From the NCBI GenBank assembly GCA_010093745.1, contig MU005994.1, forward strand, positions 62,001-126,000: a stretch of 64,000 nt of DNA, given 5' to 3'. The DNA is from Piedraia hortae CBS 480.64. Taxonomy: Eukaryota. Every line of letters begins with the position of its first letter. Within the stretch, counting starts at the first letter, position 1. The notes beneath the pieces were generated by a model. It was given only the letters and a program-made list of their open reading frames with translations. It was not told where the DNA came from and did not search any database. This document shows positions 36,801 through 49,196 of this stretch, piece by piece. The translations under genes were made by a program, and so were the position numbers.

Positions 36801-36856
36801 CGCTTAAGGAGATGGGGGGTGGGTGTCATATTAAGAGTGTTATGTGGTTTGTTTAG
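33839..36856 (+). CDS. Argonaute (PAZ-MID-PIWI), intronless
   Basis: KVNAKLGG, IIGADVSH, YIRDGVSEGQ, KRHHVRF, DFYLCSH..IKGTARPVHY, YYAH; Q/G-rich N-terminus; QDE-2 vs SMS-2 clade not resolved. Confidence 0.96.
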   Translation: MAKSNKKWSDIVRESIPDVAKQGPIQKRNYQANPVAQRAHQAAQNGEGQAAEQQSGGQGGAASQEGGGQSHTQVEQGNGQAQVSTQKAPATTQSGDQQSTSKHSNGQPSASTQRDSDKLPASFDLGNLDLGFAEWSHVRGYGQVPARPAPCKLGGPFMLSVNAFLVTQMNSKPVYQYDITIDNGAEKRGLIRRVWDSNTVQKELGEIFIFDGHKLAWSGRKIEKELRISVDLDVDEDCEPHEGKGNKHVIVIRPTHQIKFDTLHSYLAHRCDFDKSILEAITFFDHMLRETPSKKLTSIKRSFFAPEDKRTSLGRGVEAYRGVYQSLRIIHSSRQNARLAILVDVSNGTFWTSQRLIEAAREVLDEQSLNHLVNTMTRMGGENSRAVMLRQKLRRLHVTCQHRGKDVTDEYVVDRVLTQGARQYKFMKDGKDISVFDYFMQAYGIRLQWPDLPLVKMTGANGPVLPMEVLTIKPHQRYMFKLDEKQTRAMIDFAVTYPMKRSEAIRDGVEKLDWANDPVLKHFGVKIQTGQMLEEARQLMAPRVKFNGSEEDPRDKGRWNLKDRRFIHNNARQPLKTWGVCIFTGRFNPNKPVVEHFVRKFVDAYVGHGGVVHERNPFITVHRGNDWEAGVQRTWNDTGNHFKQTPQLLFFVLPEKNAEIYGSIKRKCDCQYGVPTQCVQYQHVQKALEQYISNVCMKVNAKLGGATSLAVNNTNTNLVKPGTAIIGADVSHAAPGSTTPSMAAITCSADIYASRYWGLAETNGFRQEIISPDNIHTVFGELIRAWIHGVNNNQPPSTILYIRDGVSEGQYQYILSHEVAGMKNFMTDYLTQNGHLRHGQAPLPNFVVIIGSKRHHVRFFPGPAGDNNCNPKPGALLDTGVTHPYENDFYLCSHAAIKGTARPVHYCVLMNESGYSNEELQTLLFEHCYMYVRSTTPVSQHPAVYYAHVVSNRAIPHYPLWRESLRGESSSGRGTEEGDGFKERKLLPLKEMGGGCHIKSVMWFV

Positions 36857-38227
36857 GGGGTATGATTGTGGTTAAAGTTTGATTGGGTTGTGTTGTGGAT
36901 TTTCGTGGAGGACGGCTTTGATCTGGGGACTTGAGCGGGAAAGTATGAGTTGGGGTCTGAGACCAGTCTACTGGGGTGGGTTTCCTTATGTCGAGTAGAT
37001 AGAGTAAACAAAAATCTTGCCCTAAAACTTTTCCTTTTCCTCGATACCTTCAACGTTCAACCGTTATGTAGGTAGAGACCACCCATCTCCCCTCAGCGTG
37101 CTGAAAAGCCACACGCTATGGTGTCCTTGTGAGTCATATCCATGGAATTTATCGTTAAGATTTAGCGTTTCCGTCGACGGAGAGTATATCATGATGTATA
37201 GAAAGCGAAAGGGTTGTTGTCCCCGATTGCAGCGCAGAGGCTTCAGATTTTTTTACCAGATGGGAATAAGGCGAACGCGTCGGGGGCCATGTCTATTGTA
37301 TATCTTTATAGAAGGATCTGATGTCAAGATCGTAAGATATCAACAGGGCAGCATTTGAGTTTACGGGGGGATGATTTGGGGAGTGGGGAGTGATCATTTC
37401 GCTGTGCCACGCGAGACACTAACTTGTGCTCGTTCCTTGTTGCCAAGACTTTCGTGCGGAGCGAACGGGGGCTGCATGCTGGGAAATGTTGTTATGGAAT
37501 TCAAGTGCACAAAGACTCGGTTGGCCGCTTTGTCCTGCATGAAGAGGGATTTCTTTTTTCATCTCTTCTCCGTCGAGGGAGGGCTCGGCAATGCCACTGA
37601 CCCTCATGGTGCAGGCCTATGTTCTAACATAACCACAAGTGGTGTTTGGCAGAGATTGATCGATGCGGTTTCGTGTCTGGACATCTCCAAGTGATACGCG
37701 TTGCCGCCGTGGCTTAGGGCCTGGTTGGAGTCTCGGCGGTACGGCCTCGAGCAGCTTTCTCTGTGGCTGGAGTTGGGGAATAAAGGTATTTGAGCGTTCC
37801 CGCTCGATTACAGGGACTGCTGTTTATTTGTAGGCGCTAATCGACATGATGGGCTTTGTCAGTGCATTGGCACTAATGGTCCCATGCGGAGGGTGTCAAG
37901 CGCACCATTGCTTTGAAGGTCTGCGGGCCATGGGGAACTGCTTTTCGATGTGATGCTCTCAGAGAGGCGCGGATCCAGCCCGCTGCCCAGTTCCCGTTGT
38001 GAGCCTACCTGTTTTGTCTTGTGCTAGAGTTCCTATACAGGTTTGATTCGTGATTGAGCTTGTTTGCTGATTTGGGAGTCAGTGTTGAAATGCGGATCCT
38101 GCTCAGCAAGCTAAACTATCGATAGTTTCCTTAGTCTTCTTGGTCTCAGCCGGGGTCACTTTCGAGGTACCGAATCGCATGGTGAATTTCGCAGGACCAT
38201 CGGTCTGTGTTTGGTCTTCCTTTAACA

Positions 38228-39720
38228 ATGATTGCAGAGATACCACGACTTTACAGTTCAGAGTCAGTTTGGATAAAGTTATTGCCTGATCACAAAGAGG
38301 TGTTGCTCTCGAGTACTTGCAACACGAGGGGTCAACTTCAGCGGGTTATTAACGCCCCACGCGTCTCTTCTCGCCTATAACTTTCAAAGTCACCACACAC
38401 TACCCATTTTGAAACGGACCAGCGCTCGTTGTCCAAGATCACGCGCGTCTGTAAGGCCTTTAAAGAAGCAGACACAGGCATTCTTTGGCGCCATGCCACG
38501 ACTGCCATGCTCCAGGCAACTGAACGGCACAGACAGCAACACCAAAGATCTGCTGTCCCCCCAGCTCCGTAGCCTTGCTATAGGACGTTGTGGGCTCCGG
38601 AATTGCAGTAACGATATCCCACTGGAGCTATTCCACCGCCTTAGCGCGCTTGGCATCTGCAAGAGATTCGTTTACCCGCAGATAAGCATTCACCTAGCCA
38701 AGTCGCACCTCAAGAGTGGACTACAAGCGCTCCACGTCATTGACAAACTGTGGGTAACGGCACTATTGCCTCTTGTGCCAAGAAGGAGTCCCCAACTCAA
38801 AGAATTGCACGTCCACTTGTATCCTGAACAGGTTGAACTAACGGCGAAATCTTATATGGACGTCTTGACAAAGCTTGAGAGCCTCGAAAGTCTGATCATC
38901 TGCCAGGACTAGAGCAACGGCATAAGACTCAATGCAAACTGGATTCTTTCCTTGATGAGCAGCTGCTCAAAACTGCAGGCCCTAAGATTGGCAGGCCACT
39001 TCAGCATAGATACGCTCCAAGCCATTAGTGACGTCGACCCAAGCATCTTTTCGAATCTTCAGTCTGGGCATGTGGCTCACAATGGACGCCGTGCCATCCG
39101 TCCCCAGAATGACGTCCCGTGGTCTTCAAAACCTCGTCCTCATGGTGACTAACTCCCTCGCCGGCGTACTGAGCCTCCTCATGTCCATGACTCTGCTTCA
39201 AAGCCTGAACTTGAGTCCCGAAAGCAATCGTTTTTCAACCGTGCACACATCAATTTGCTGTGTGGCATGAAACTACTTAAACGCCTTGAGCTAACCGAAG
39301 GATATTAGAACAGATCATTGTCAACTATACTCTTTGCCAGGGAGCATTAGCTAGTTGTAATCTTCTCCACCCTGCATAACCTGCGGACTTTGCGAATATG
39401 GCTGCCCAATAACGCGTGCTGGCGGTTTTCAAGGCTCTGGTTATGAGCAATCGTATGCTTGAATCGTGTGCATTCTGCTTGGATCTGGATCTGTGCGCAC
39501 TGATGGAGGGGCATGCTCCGCTTTGTCCTAATTTGGAAGAGTTGTTCCTTCGGGACACGACATCAAACATGGATGTCTTCTTCCAAAGACATATGCCCAT
39601 GCTGATGAGAGTATAGTTTAGTGATGGTGGCTCTCTAACTGAAGAGACTGTTGCCGACTTTCAGGAACGGACGGGACGGCTCTATGGAATGGAGCCGCAT
39701 ATGATCAGTTGGCTAAGTTA
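38228..39720 (+). pseudogene. Degenerate LRR (F-box/LRR-like) gene
   Basis: Fragments with LxxLxL motifs (PQLRSLAI, PQLKELHVHL, LESLESLII, SKLQALRL, CPNLEELFL) broken by stops and frameshifts. Confidence 0.55.
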
Positions 39721-40285
39721 GATCAAATGTGGGCATATATCCCGGAGATAGTGGTCACCATCGCTATCAGGGCTTTCGAGAAAAAAGGTAACATTCGGCT
39801 AGAGTTGACTTAAAACTGAGAACTTTTTTAGGATATCTGAAGGTTTTGTAAACCGTGGCCATCAAGACAGCTGTCCTGAGATAATCAAATGGATTCGGAT
39901 CATAAGTAACAGTACCATGAGCTTCCATCAATGGTGTTCTAGCCAGGGCTAAAAAGGTTCGAACATAGTGCAGTGCCAAGCTGTCACCCACGCATTCCGT
40001 ATACCGGCAAGGAGATTCAAACTCAAACAGCCTCAGCCTTAGTGAAGCCTCTCATCTGCTACCTGATAAACATATATCTATCCAGTATAGGGCGCCAGTG
40101 TAATTCGAAAGGGTGAGCATCACAGGCAAAAAGCACGTGACTCACCAATAATGACGTATTTTTGGACCGCAAACACCATCGACCTTGAGAGGTCACCCGG
40201 GTCATTTTCCTATACCCCTCTGCAGCTCTCTAATTTCATTCTCACTCGTTTTCTCACGCAATTCAAAAGTAAAAAGTCGACCGCC

Positions 40286-41623
40286 ATGCCGTACACACCT
40301 GCGCTTTCAAAGCTGCCGAAGTCATCGAGAGCCGCTGGCCACTCCAAGGCTCAAAACGACCAGCAAGCCATGAAGGAGAGCGGAATTGACCGACAGCGCT
40401 CCAAGTCCCTTTCGTACCTGCAGAAGCCGCGCCGAGCGCCGTCTATATTCGACTCCACAATCCCTCAGCCATCGTTTGACCCCAAAGTGTACAAGTGGAA
40501 TAAAAAAGTGCAGGATTCGCTTAGCCAGGACGATGATGACTCTGATCAGGAGAAGCAAGCATCTAGTGAGCGTTCAGAGGCTGGTGAGAATAAGTCTGGC
40601 AGCTCGCCAACCCAAGATATCGGGAAGTCAACCCGCTCACGCCCGTCCACGGAGCCAATAATTGGGAAATGGGGACTGGCATTCCCAGTTTTCCCACCAA
40701 ATTCTTCTGACGAGGACTCTGATGGAACTCATGCTCCGCTACCCCTGCGTGGTCGCAAAGATTTCGAAACGCCGGCCAAATCCGCTATGCAGCCTCGACG
40801 TTGCTTCAGCACTCCTCAAAAAACCACGCGCTCCAAGTCTGTGCACTTCTGCGATGGTGACAACGAAACGAAGCATTTCCGTAAAATGGATACCCCCACG
40901 TCCATCAGCACGGGGAGCTCTTCGTCAGCAGTGGGCAGTGACAATACAAGGCGCGCTTCAGCGGGTAACATTGGGAGCACCAGGCGTGGGTCCGCTGGGG
41001 AAATTGAAAGCGCCAGACGTGGTTCCGCAGATCGCCGTGGCAGTGACGCCAACTTCAAGTACAGCATTGAGGCGGAGAATTTTTCCGGGGCCAGGGCTGA
41101 TCACAAAGACTGGGCCGTGAATCTTATTGGCCTTAAAATGGCATCTGACCAAGAAACTATAATCGGAACAGTGGCGGTGCAGAACTGGTCTTACTTCAAG
41201 GAGGTCTTCGGGTGTTTCACTTTTGACGACTGGCAGACAATGTTGCAAGTCAGTGCCGAGTACCATCTACGGCCACATGATCCTGCAGACGCGCGCGATC
41301 ATTTCATTTTCAAGATTCTTTTGAACAATCACGCTAATCTAGACCAGAAGATTATGCAACTTTGTGTTCGCTACAAGGTGAACGATGGGGAGCACTGGGA
41401 CAATAACGAAGGGAATAACTATCGCGTTAAGATATTCCAGGCCACTGAGGAAGAACGTTCTCCGTCGCCCGAACCACTGCCTTGTTTACCGCAGAGCAAT
41501 AAAGAAATCCGCTCTTCTCCGTCCCCTACGCCAGGGCGCCCCATGATGGACCATGCAGAGTACCAGGAAATTGTCAGACGGTATTGCGCCCCCAGTGCTG
41601 CGTCTCAGCCTGAGCGTCAATGA
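40286..41623 (+). CDS. Glycogen-targeting PP1 regulatory subunit (CBM21, Gac1-like)
   Basis: KSVHF (RVxF), GTVAVQNWSYFKEV..FTFDDWQT, CVRYKVNDGEHWDNNEGNNY; start at MPYTP. Confidence 0.9.
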   Translation: MPYTPALSKLPKSSRAAGHSKAQNDQQAMKESGIDRQRSKSLSYLQKPRRAPSIFDSTIPQPSFDPKVYKWNKKVQDSLSQDDDDSDQEKQASSERSEAGENKSGSSPTQDIGKSTRSRPSTEPIIGKWGLAFPVFPPNSSDEDSDGTHAPLPLRGRKDFETPAKSAMQPRRCFSTPQKTTRSKSVHFCDGDNETKHFRKMDTPTSISTGSSSSAVGSDNTRRASAGNIGSTRRGSAGEIESARRGSADRRGSDANFKYSIEAENFSGARADHKDWAVNLIGLKMASDQETIIGTVAVQNWSYFKEVFGCFTFDDWQTMLQVSAEYHLRPHDPADARDHFIFKILLNNHANLDQKIMQLCVRYKVNDGEHWDNNEGNNYRVKIFQATEEERSPSPEPLPCLPQSNKEIRSSPSPTPGRPMMDHAEYQEIVRRYCAPSAASQPERQ

Positions 41624-43101
41624 CCCAGCGAGGGTGGAAAAACGCGAATCTGCACATTTTTACTTCTCGTCATGCGTTAGCGTTCTTTATCCATGGAAGC
41701 AAAACCTCCAGAGGTATCGGGTGTAGTATCCTAGTCCGTAGAATGTACCATGAATCCTTATAACTTTCTCTCTCCTCCGTCTTGAAAGCCCCTATCCCTG
41801 AGCCAGGAAACCGAAGCATACCACGATAACCTGCCAATATTAGCCAACGAGTCACTTACGACTGCACAAATTATGATCTAGATAACAAGAATTGAGTCTA
41901 AAGACAGAGTGTCCAGACTTGTCCGAACTCCTATAGATGTCATGGCCTCGTATGATCCCTTCGTTTAAAAACCGCACTGGCAAGCTCCAGTGTCCTCACC
42001 ACCTCGTGCCACCTGACCAGTTTAGCCGCACAGCCTCCCCCTCGAGACTCACAAGTGTCAATCCTCAGGCTGCAACTCAATCCTCATCAATGAGCTCGAG
42101 CACAAAAGTTGTAATGTTGGATCAGTGTCAAAGCGGCAAGGCTTGATATTACGGTACCGAATTCGATACCAACACCTTTGTTGTGTGAGATGGAGCTTTC
42201 CTCGCTGGATGAATTTTGGGCTATGTAGTTGTCATTCAGCTCAGTAAATGAGAGGCGAAATAACCAGTCCATTCCTGGATAACATATGCCCCAGAACCGA
42301 GGGGAACTCGCGTGATGATATTCCCGAGCAGAAACAGGTCGTGGGCAACATTGGCGGTCTAACTCTCATCAGAAGTCAAAGACTTCGAGGCGGACAGAGA
42401 AACATGCCCCTCCAAGAGGCAAGTGTTGGATGGCATTAGATAAAGGTCGAGATTTCTCAGGGTGTTTAAGTTTCCCTGGGATGAGGCACGGTCCCGGTCA
42501 TGCTCTGTGCGTGCTTGGTAGCTGGTCTCGGTGAATGCGGCTAGGTCTGGGGTAGAGTTCTGCACTTCACCTCACCTCACCTGACATACGCACATATAGA
42601 CATCTACGTGCACCTTAGTCAGTTTCGATTGACCTGACCCCCACACATTAGGCTTTTCACTTCTCCCACTGGAGGCTTATTTTCCAACGGGCTGCCTGAA
42701 GGTGATCATACCATTCAATGCAAGAATGGATTTCGAACTTGGCCTTTTCAGCGGACCTTTTTACCGGAGATTGTCTTCAAAAAACAGTTACAATTCGTGA
42801 ACTAATGGTGCACTCTTAATCCCAGACTCGAGATCCATTTCATTTACTTTTGCATAGCTATATGCTCGTCATATTCCGTGGGCTCTTGACAGTATATGCT
42901 GATGAACTGGGTCGTATGAGTTGATTTTCTCAACATTATAACGTTTTTCAACTGCTATAACGCGTCGGCACCCTCTAGTCACCCCTCTCCTCTTGCTCAG
43001 CATTAATGTCATTCGTTTACCCAGGGGGATATGCTCGTCATATTGCGTGGAGTTTAGATAACATATGACGATCATATCCTTTGAGTAATCATATGTTTGT
43101 T

Positions 43102-43200
43102 ATATGCTGGGGATATGCTGGGGATATGCTGGGGATATGCTGGGGATATGCTGGGGATATGCTGGGGATATGCTGGGGATATGCTGGGGATATGCTGGGG
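43102..43200. repeat. 11-bp tandem repeat (ATATGCTGGGG)x9
   Basis: Nine perfect units read directly from the sequence. Confidence 0.95.
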
Positions 43201-45442
43201 ATATGATTCGGGGTCCGGTTCATCTCTCAATTGACATGTTGTGGATTAGAACATGACTGAGAGGCGTTTCATGCTGAAGATTGACCGACTGAGGAGTAGC
43301 AACTCCCGTCCCCATTCTCGTTCCTGGATCCCGTCTCTCCGTGTCTCAAACACGGATGCATTCCCTCGAGATCACCAACCCTCCAATCCCGAGAAGCACA
43401 ATTTGCCCTACTCCTCCAGCAGTCAAACGCTGTTGCTGTACCTATCTCTCACCCACAGCCTAAAGTTCCTCTCCTGCGATAGCGAATTATCTCTTTGTGA
43501 TATTCCCGCGTAGCATCGCAGTACAAATGTCATCGGCCCCCAAATCCCAGGGTATATACCCGCCGGCACAAACTCTCATATAGTTCCCTTGTTTCCGCAC
43601 TCCCTTCTGCCATATCACGAAGTCTCTCCCCCTCCTCTCAAGTAACCGCTTCCCAGTCTATTTGGGATACATCGCGGAGGGATTGGCATCTACAGGCCCA
43701 CGACGCCTTATAGGGGAGAGTGATAGATCTGCGATGCCGCTTGGCATCTGACCTTGCAAGGAAGATTAGATTCTTTGTGCGGTTGCGGCAACATTCAGCT
43801 TGGTGCCATGGCAATTCTTGAGGTTATCAATCCGCTCCAAACTGCGCAGCCAGCCCAAAATTCAACGCGTCTGATCTCCCCAAACCTGAATGATTTCCTC
43901 ACTTGATCGATTCTGCCTCCCCTCGTCTCACCCATGAGGTTTTCCAGTGATCTCTATATAGCTCAACGATCATCAAATTCTTCACATCCACTCCACTCCC
44001 TGGCATTGAAGACAAGTTCAAACTGTCTCTGCAAAGCGGCCTCGCGAGTTTTATTATATTTTTTACCGACCAGTAAGGTTCTGTACCAAGGCGCTGGAAC
44101 GGCTAACTTTTATGTCAAATTCAATACGGTTGAGTAAATTGAGAGGGGAATGGATCTTATACTAGCTCCAGTCCAGATGGTGTTGAAAGCAGTTTATGCA
44201 GACCTGGGTTGGTAATTGGAGGGTTGGTTTACCCGTGGATTGGAGGTTGGATGGTGCATATCGACGTTTGTTGACATTGGTGGGTAGACTACTTCGATTG
44301 AGGTGGTGTAGCAACTTTGAATTTTCTTGATGATCATGTTGGGATAAAGCTGATGTAACGCCCTGCCAGTCATCGTCATCGAATTCCTCTTGGGTCTGAT
44401 TCGTCGAGAGAATGGCGTCTTCGTCCGTAATTGGTACTTTCTGAAGGACAGGCTTCATTCTGTGACTCTCTGCAAGGCAGTCATCACACCCATACAACCT
44501 ATGCGTTGATACCTTGTGCAAACGCAGTATGTCCTTCTCTCTTTGAACCCTTTCGTGGCCTGATCAAATCTTCTCGCCATATACCCCATAATACTTTCCC
44601 AGTTGATAGCGAGGACGTAAATAGGATTGCTATACCCAATCCCCACCTACCTGCTGAGCTGCAAGTCCCTCCAAGTATATATCCTCAGCGGAATAGACAG
44701 ACGTATACCAAATATCCTGTAACTCCTCACAGAAAGATCGTCTTTGAACGAAAGGCCGACAGCATAAAACGACTTCGCCATTCGCAGCTGAATATTTCCT
44801 GCAAAGTGAAGTTCATAATCATGTCTTTACCTAATCCCCTGGTTTATGTGGATGATGTTCAGTCCACTGGAGAGGGACATGTCCCTCAGCAGTTGTCCCG
44901 CGGGAAATAGTTTTCCTGCCATGCTCTCCCATCTTCGTTCCAGTCTACGATGACATTCGCTGGTCGACATTGATAGAAAATAATGGCCGTCTTTGCACCC
45001 ATATTCACACGCAGTCACATACAGATCGACTGGGTGCCAGGGCAGATGTCGAGGACTTACTAGGTGATATGCATCACAAGATCGGCATGAAGGCTAGTGA
45101 AATGACCTGGTGCGTCTACAGAGATTCGGCGGTTGAGGCCTGTCACCAGGCTGGATGAGAGAGACCCAGATCTATGATTTTGTCGTGTGATAGACTCAGC
45201 GCAGAAGTATGTAGAAGTTTCTAGATAGTTGGACTGCCTGCCCCTCTGGAGCGGGGCCCAAAATTCACGCGGTGCAAGACGCGATAAAGTAACACTTCCC
45301 GTGTAAGGGGGTACAAAACGAAGAGAATCCCACCATAGGGAGAGTGACATATAGTGACTGGGTACCAAGACCTTTCAAGCTATATAATACAATAAGTTTA
45401 CACAGAGTTGAAGGTATCATGGTCGTCAGATGCCTACACTTG

Positions 45443-46132
45443 CTAAGTGCCGCAGCACCGCCCTCCATCGCAGTAAACATAGCAATCGCCCCAGATGTGC
45501 ATGGGGGGTTGATGAGCAAAAGAGTCGTGGCGCGGGGTCGCTGCGGGGATATTCATGGGCGGTATAGGAGGTGCTTGAGGAGGCATCGTCATGAGAGACG
45601 GATCGGGTGGACCTTAATCTACGTTAATACCGAGGCAGGCATATGCTTGGACTGACTCACAAGCAACAGGGGCCGCATTTTGGCGGTCGATAATACTGTT
45701 AGCCTTCGCCAGAGCTTCTCGATAGTTGGCGAGTGTACGTTCCAATTGATCGATGCGTTGTCGTTGGCTATGATTTGTTCGCTCGAGATTCTCAATGTGA
45801 TCCTTGGTCCTCTGGCGGATGGCACGCTGTGCCTCGCGGTCATTGGCCCGTTTTCGCTCTAGCTGGGCAGGCGTCAAGGTCGAAACGCTGCGGGTGCCTG
45901 CACGCGTTGTCCTCTTCTTGGTAATAGCCCCGTTGATGTTGACTGCGCCGGCGCTGACTTCATGGGGTCCAGACACCGAAGACACGGATACGGTGCGCGG
46001 GGTAGCTATGCTCGCGCCGACACCATTGACCTGCGGATGATTCGCATGGTTGACGACCTCGTCAGGCATCGTTCTGCAAGAGTCACGCCCAGTCTGAGCG
46101 TTCGCCCGAGTCGCGATCCGAAATGAATTCAT
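45443..46132 (-). CDS. bZIP transcription factor
   Basis: RAGTRSVSTLTPAQLERKRANDREAQRAIRQRTKDHIENLE; probable intron near 45660-45614; 3' end uncertain. Confidence 0.8.
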
Positions 46133-47375
46133 ATGCGACTCCCTTGTTTGTCTACCGAGGGGTGGTTATTGTGCACAAGGGCTGTTGGTCACGTTGATTC
46201 GTCAAGCAACAATAGTGTGATGCAATGCAAGACGATGGTCAATCGTAATGGTGATTCGATGGAAGATGAGAACGAGAATAGATCAGCCAGGCCTTATAAA
46301 AAGAAGCCAAGACGCTGGTGAAGCTCGACCCCACCATGACGCTCAACATGTTCACGTCTGGTGCTTAGGAGGGCAGATCTCCGATGGGTGAGTCACACGT
46401 GAATTCTCGCTCCCACTAAGTTAGTACGCTAACGCTATGAAGATGCCGGACCCTCAGCTGTCCGAGCTGCGGAGTCAGGGGAGACCCACAGAATCGAATG
46501 GAAGCCGCCCTGAGCCACCAAGCTGGGTCCGACAACTCAAGCTAGAGGGAGTGACTGAGCATTGCAAGATTTGTACTTTCATCGTGCAATCACACATGAC
46601 CAGGGCGTTGAGTTGGTTGAGCGAGCAATAGAGTGGATGCACTGACGCTGAATAGGGACGCGGAGGGTTTTTCGCGCGTTGGAAGCTCCATTTGGCTGCC
46701 GTCATCTCCCCATTACTGTTATTTTGCATGACTGTGGCTGGCTGTATCTGGCCAATTTTTGAGAGTCACAGATCTCCGTGTAGATCTTTCTCCCCGCACC
46801 GAGGGGCTGGGTGGATGCAGGAAAAAGCTGTTTAGAATCGATTCCTTGTCCTAAGCCGATAAGCAAGCCTCATACGAGTCAGTAAGCTCTCTTCCTTTCC
46901 CAGGGCGTGAGGTGATGTCTCCACATCTGAACGCTAGGCCACATTGGCTTGGACGAACGTTGGGAACCGTCTTTAAATTTAGCACGTAACCGTTATTTCA
47001 AGCCGCACATGGCTCGAGCGGTGGGATCAACGGAAAGCCGATTGAAGAGGCTGTCGGAAGCCCCTGTCACCGGGCAATGCCGAGCCATGAACAAGGATGG
47101 CGAGCTGCCCGACCTCGGTATGACAGCCGTCAGACGGTTTTTTTCTCTTTCGAGATGGAGCGACGCGAAATTACGTGCCGACGCTACTGCAGGTCGCGTT
47201 TGCGCCGCGTAGTCACGTGCCAGGGCTACCGCTGGTCGCGGCGCGCGGCGCGGCGCGGCGCGGTCACTGCAGCTGCGCGTTGCCATGCGCAACGCGGGAA
47301 TCACTCACCCTGCTAAGCGCTCCACGCCAGCACGTTTTCACTTGACATCGATTTCACTTGACATCGTCCGTCAAC

Positions 47376-47977
47376 ATGGCATCTACCACATCTTCAACCG
47401 CCGGTAACGGTGTCAAAGGCACCGGGGATGCGTCCGCGCCGTCGCCGAACCTCATCAAGCGGTAGGTGCTCATCCGTATAGGCTGATCTGTCGAGCTAAC
47501 CAAAGCAGCTTGCAGTCCGAGCTGTTGACCTTCATGAGCTCTCCCACGCCCGGCATTTCGGCTTTTCCCAGCGAAGGCGCCCAGGGTCCGGACATGATGA
47601 ACTGGAACGCCACCATCGCGGGCCCGTCGGACACGGATTACGCTGACAAGACGTTCAAATTGACAATTGCTTACCCCACCAACTACCCCTATGCTCCGCC
47701 GGTTGTCCGCTTCCGCACGCCCGTCTACCATCCTAACATTGACTTTTCCGGCCGTATCTGCCTCAGCATTCTAGACAAGGTCAACGGCGAAGGTGGCTGG
47801 TCGGCGGCTCTCAACACGGCTAATGTTCTGCTGTGCGTGCAGAGTCTTCTGGGAGAGCCCAACCCATCCTCCCCGCTCAACGCAGAGGCCGCTCGTCTAT
47901 GGGAGACTGACCGCGAAGAATACAAGCGCAAGGTCCAGGCCAGGCACCAGGAGCCCGAAGAAGTCAACAATGCCTAA
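47376..47977 (+). CDS. ubc11: Ubiquitin-conjugating enzyme E2-C (UbcH10/Ubc11)
   Basis: KRLQSELLTFM, GISAFP, YPYAPP, YHPNIDFSGRICL, LLGEPN..SPLN; intron 47462-47508. Confidence 0.9.
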
Positions 47978-48041
47978 TGAGATGACGTGTGTACGATCCG
48001 GTGTTATTCATCAGCGGCGTTGCATTTCCGTAGCGGTTTCT

Positions 48042-49099
48042 TCAGCCATCCCGTGTTCTATAGCTCTTCAACACCTCAGCTTTCCACAACCATATACTCC
48101 ACCAGCACGTAATATCACTTTCACCTTGCTCTCCCCAATCATCAGAGCCCATTTCCGTCCCTTCATCAAGCAGAACAAGTGAGTTCCCTGCCATCTGAAT
48201 CCTGAAATCTTCCCTTTCAAGCTCATAGCGCTCCCGAAGTGGTAATTCAACCACACACCGTGCAGTAGCATCCTTCTTCAAATGCCATGCAACAGTCTTC
48301 GCTAACAAAGCGGGATGTTTGCCAGAGTAGATCGCATCCGCAGCTAGAATCATCGGGAAAGAATTTGGGGATACCTTCCCTCGGTCACATAGGCTAAGAT
48401 CCGATGGGTTGGACCAATCGAGCACAGCCACCGTGGCAGCACCGCCGGTTAGAGCGTTAGCCTGGACATTACGCCAGAGATTGGGCACGATAGCTGGCAA
48501 ATCAGTCAATGTTACGTTGGTTTTGAAGATAGATGCCGCTGCGAGACCGACTAGACCTGTTCCTGAGCCTAATTCGAGGATTTGGGATCCTGTTGGGAGA
48601 GAGGGGAGGGTGCTCTTTAGATGGAGGAGACGTTTGGCGAGGACGTAGGATGATGCCCAGGTTTTGAGACCCAGATTGTCTGCAGTCAAGGCAGGTTCGT
48701 GGAGGGTTATGAACAGGGATTCGGAGATTACAAAGGTTCGGCTTATGGCACCCATGGCTGTTCTGCCTGATCTCTCGCTTAGGCGGACGGAGGCTGTCTC
48801 CCATATCTGCTCTCGCAGGGTTTCGTCATTGATCCAGGCTAGGGGACTGGAGATTATACTTGTGAGGTAGCGAGGCAGGCCTTCGCTCTTGATTGTGATT
48901 GTTTTGTGCTTGGGAGTGGAGGTCCCTGATCCCCATGAGGGCGTTGGGGAGCCAAGAGATTCTAGGACGGATAAAAGTTGTGCTGCTGGTGGTCTGGTGT
49001 ACAGCTGAGGAAGGTCAAGGACTGGGAGGTGTTAGCCATATTGGGGGAGTGCTAAGTACGAAGCTCACCATCGAGCACTTGACCTGTTTCTGCGTCCAT
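48042..49099 (-). CDS. Seven-beta-strand protein-lysine methyltransferase (Efm2/Rrg1-like)
   Basis: VLDLPQLY, RLSERSGRTAM, EPALTADNLGLKTWASS, LELGSGTGLVG, LTDL; intron 49068-49022. Confidence 0.88.
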
Positions 49100-49196
49100 G
49101 GCCATCCATTTCCTGGCCGCAGGCAAAATACTGGGCGGAACGAATTCCGAGATAAAAGACGCCCAAGGAGGTGGAATCGCACCATCCCGAGATGGA

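Noticed and set aside
37067..37345. Possible additional solo LTR (TGT...ACA)
   Set aside because: No TSD and no second copy in the window.
38113..38128. 16-bp perfect palindrome AAACTATCGATAGTTT
   Set aside because: Isolated; about one such palindrome is plausible by chance in 64 kb.
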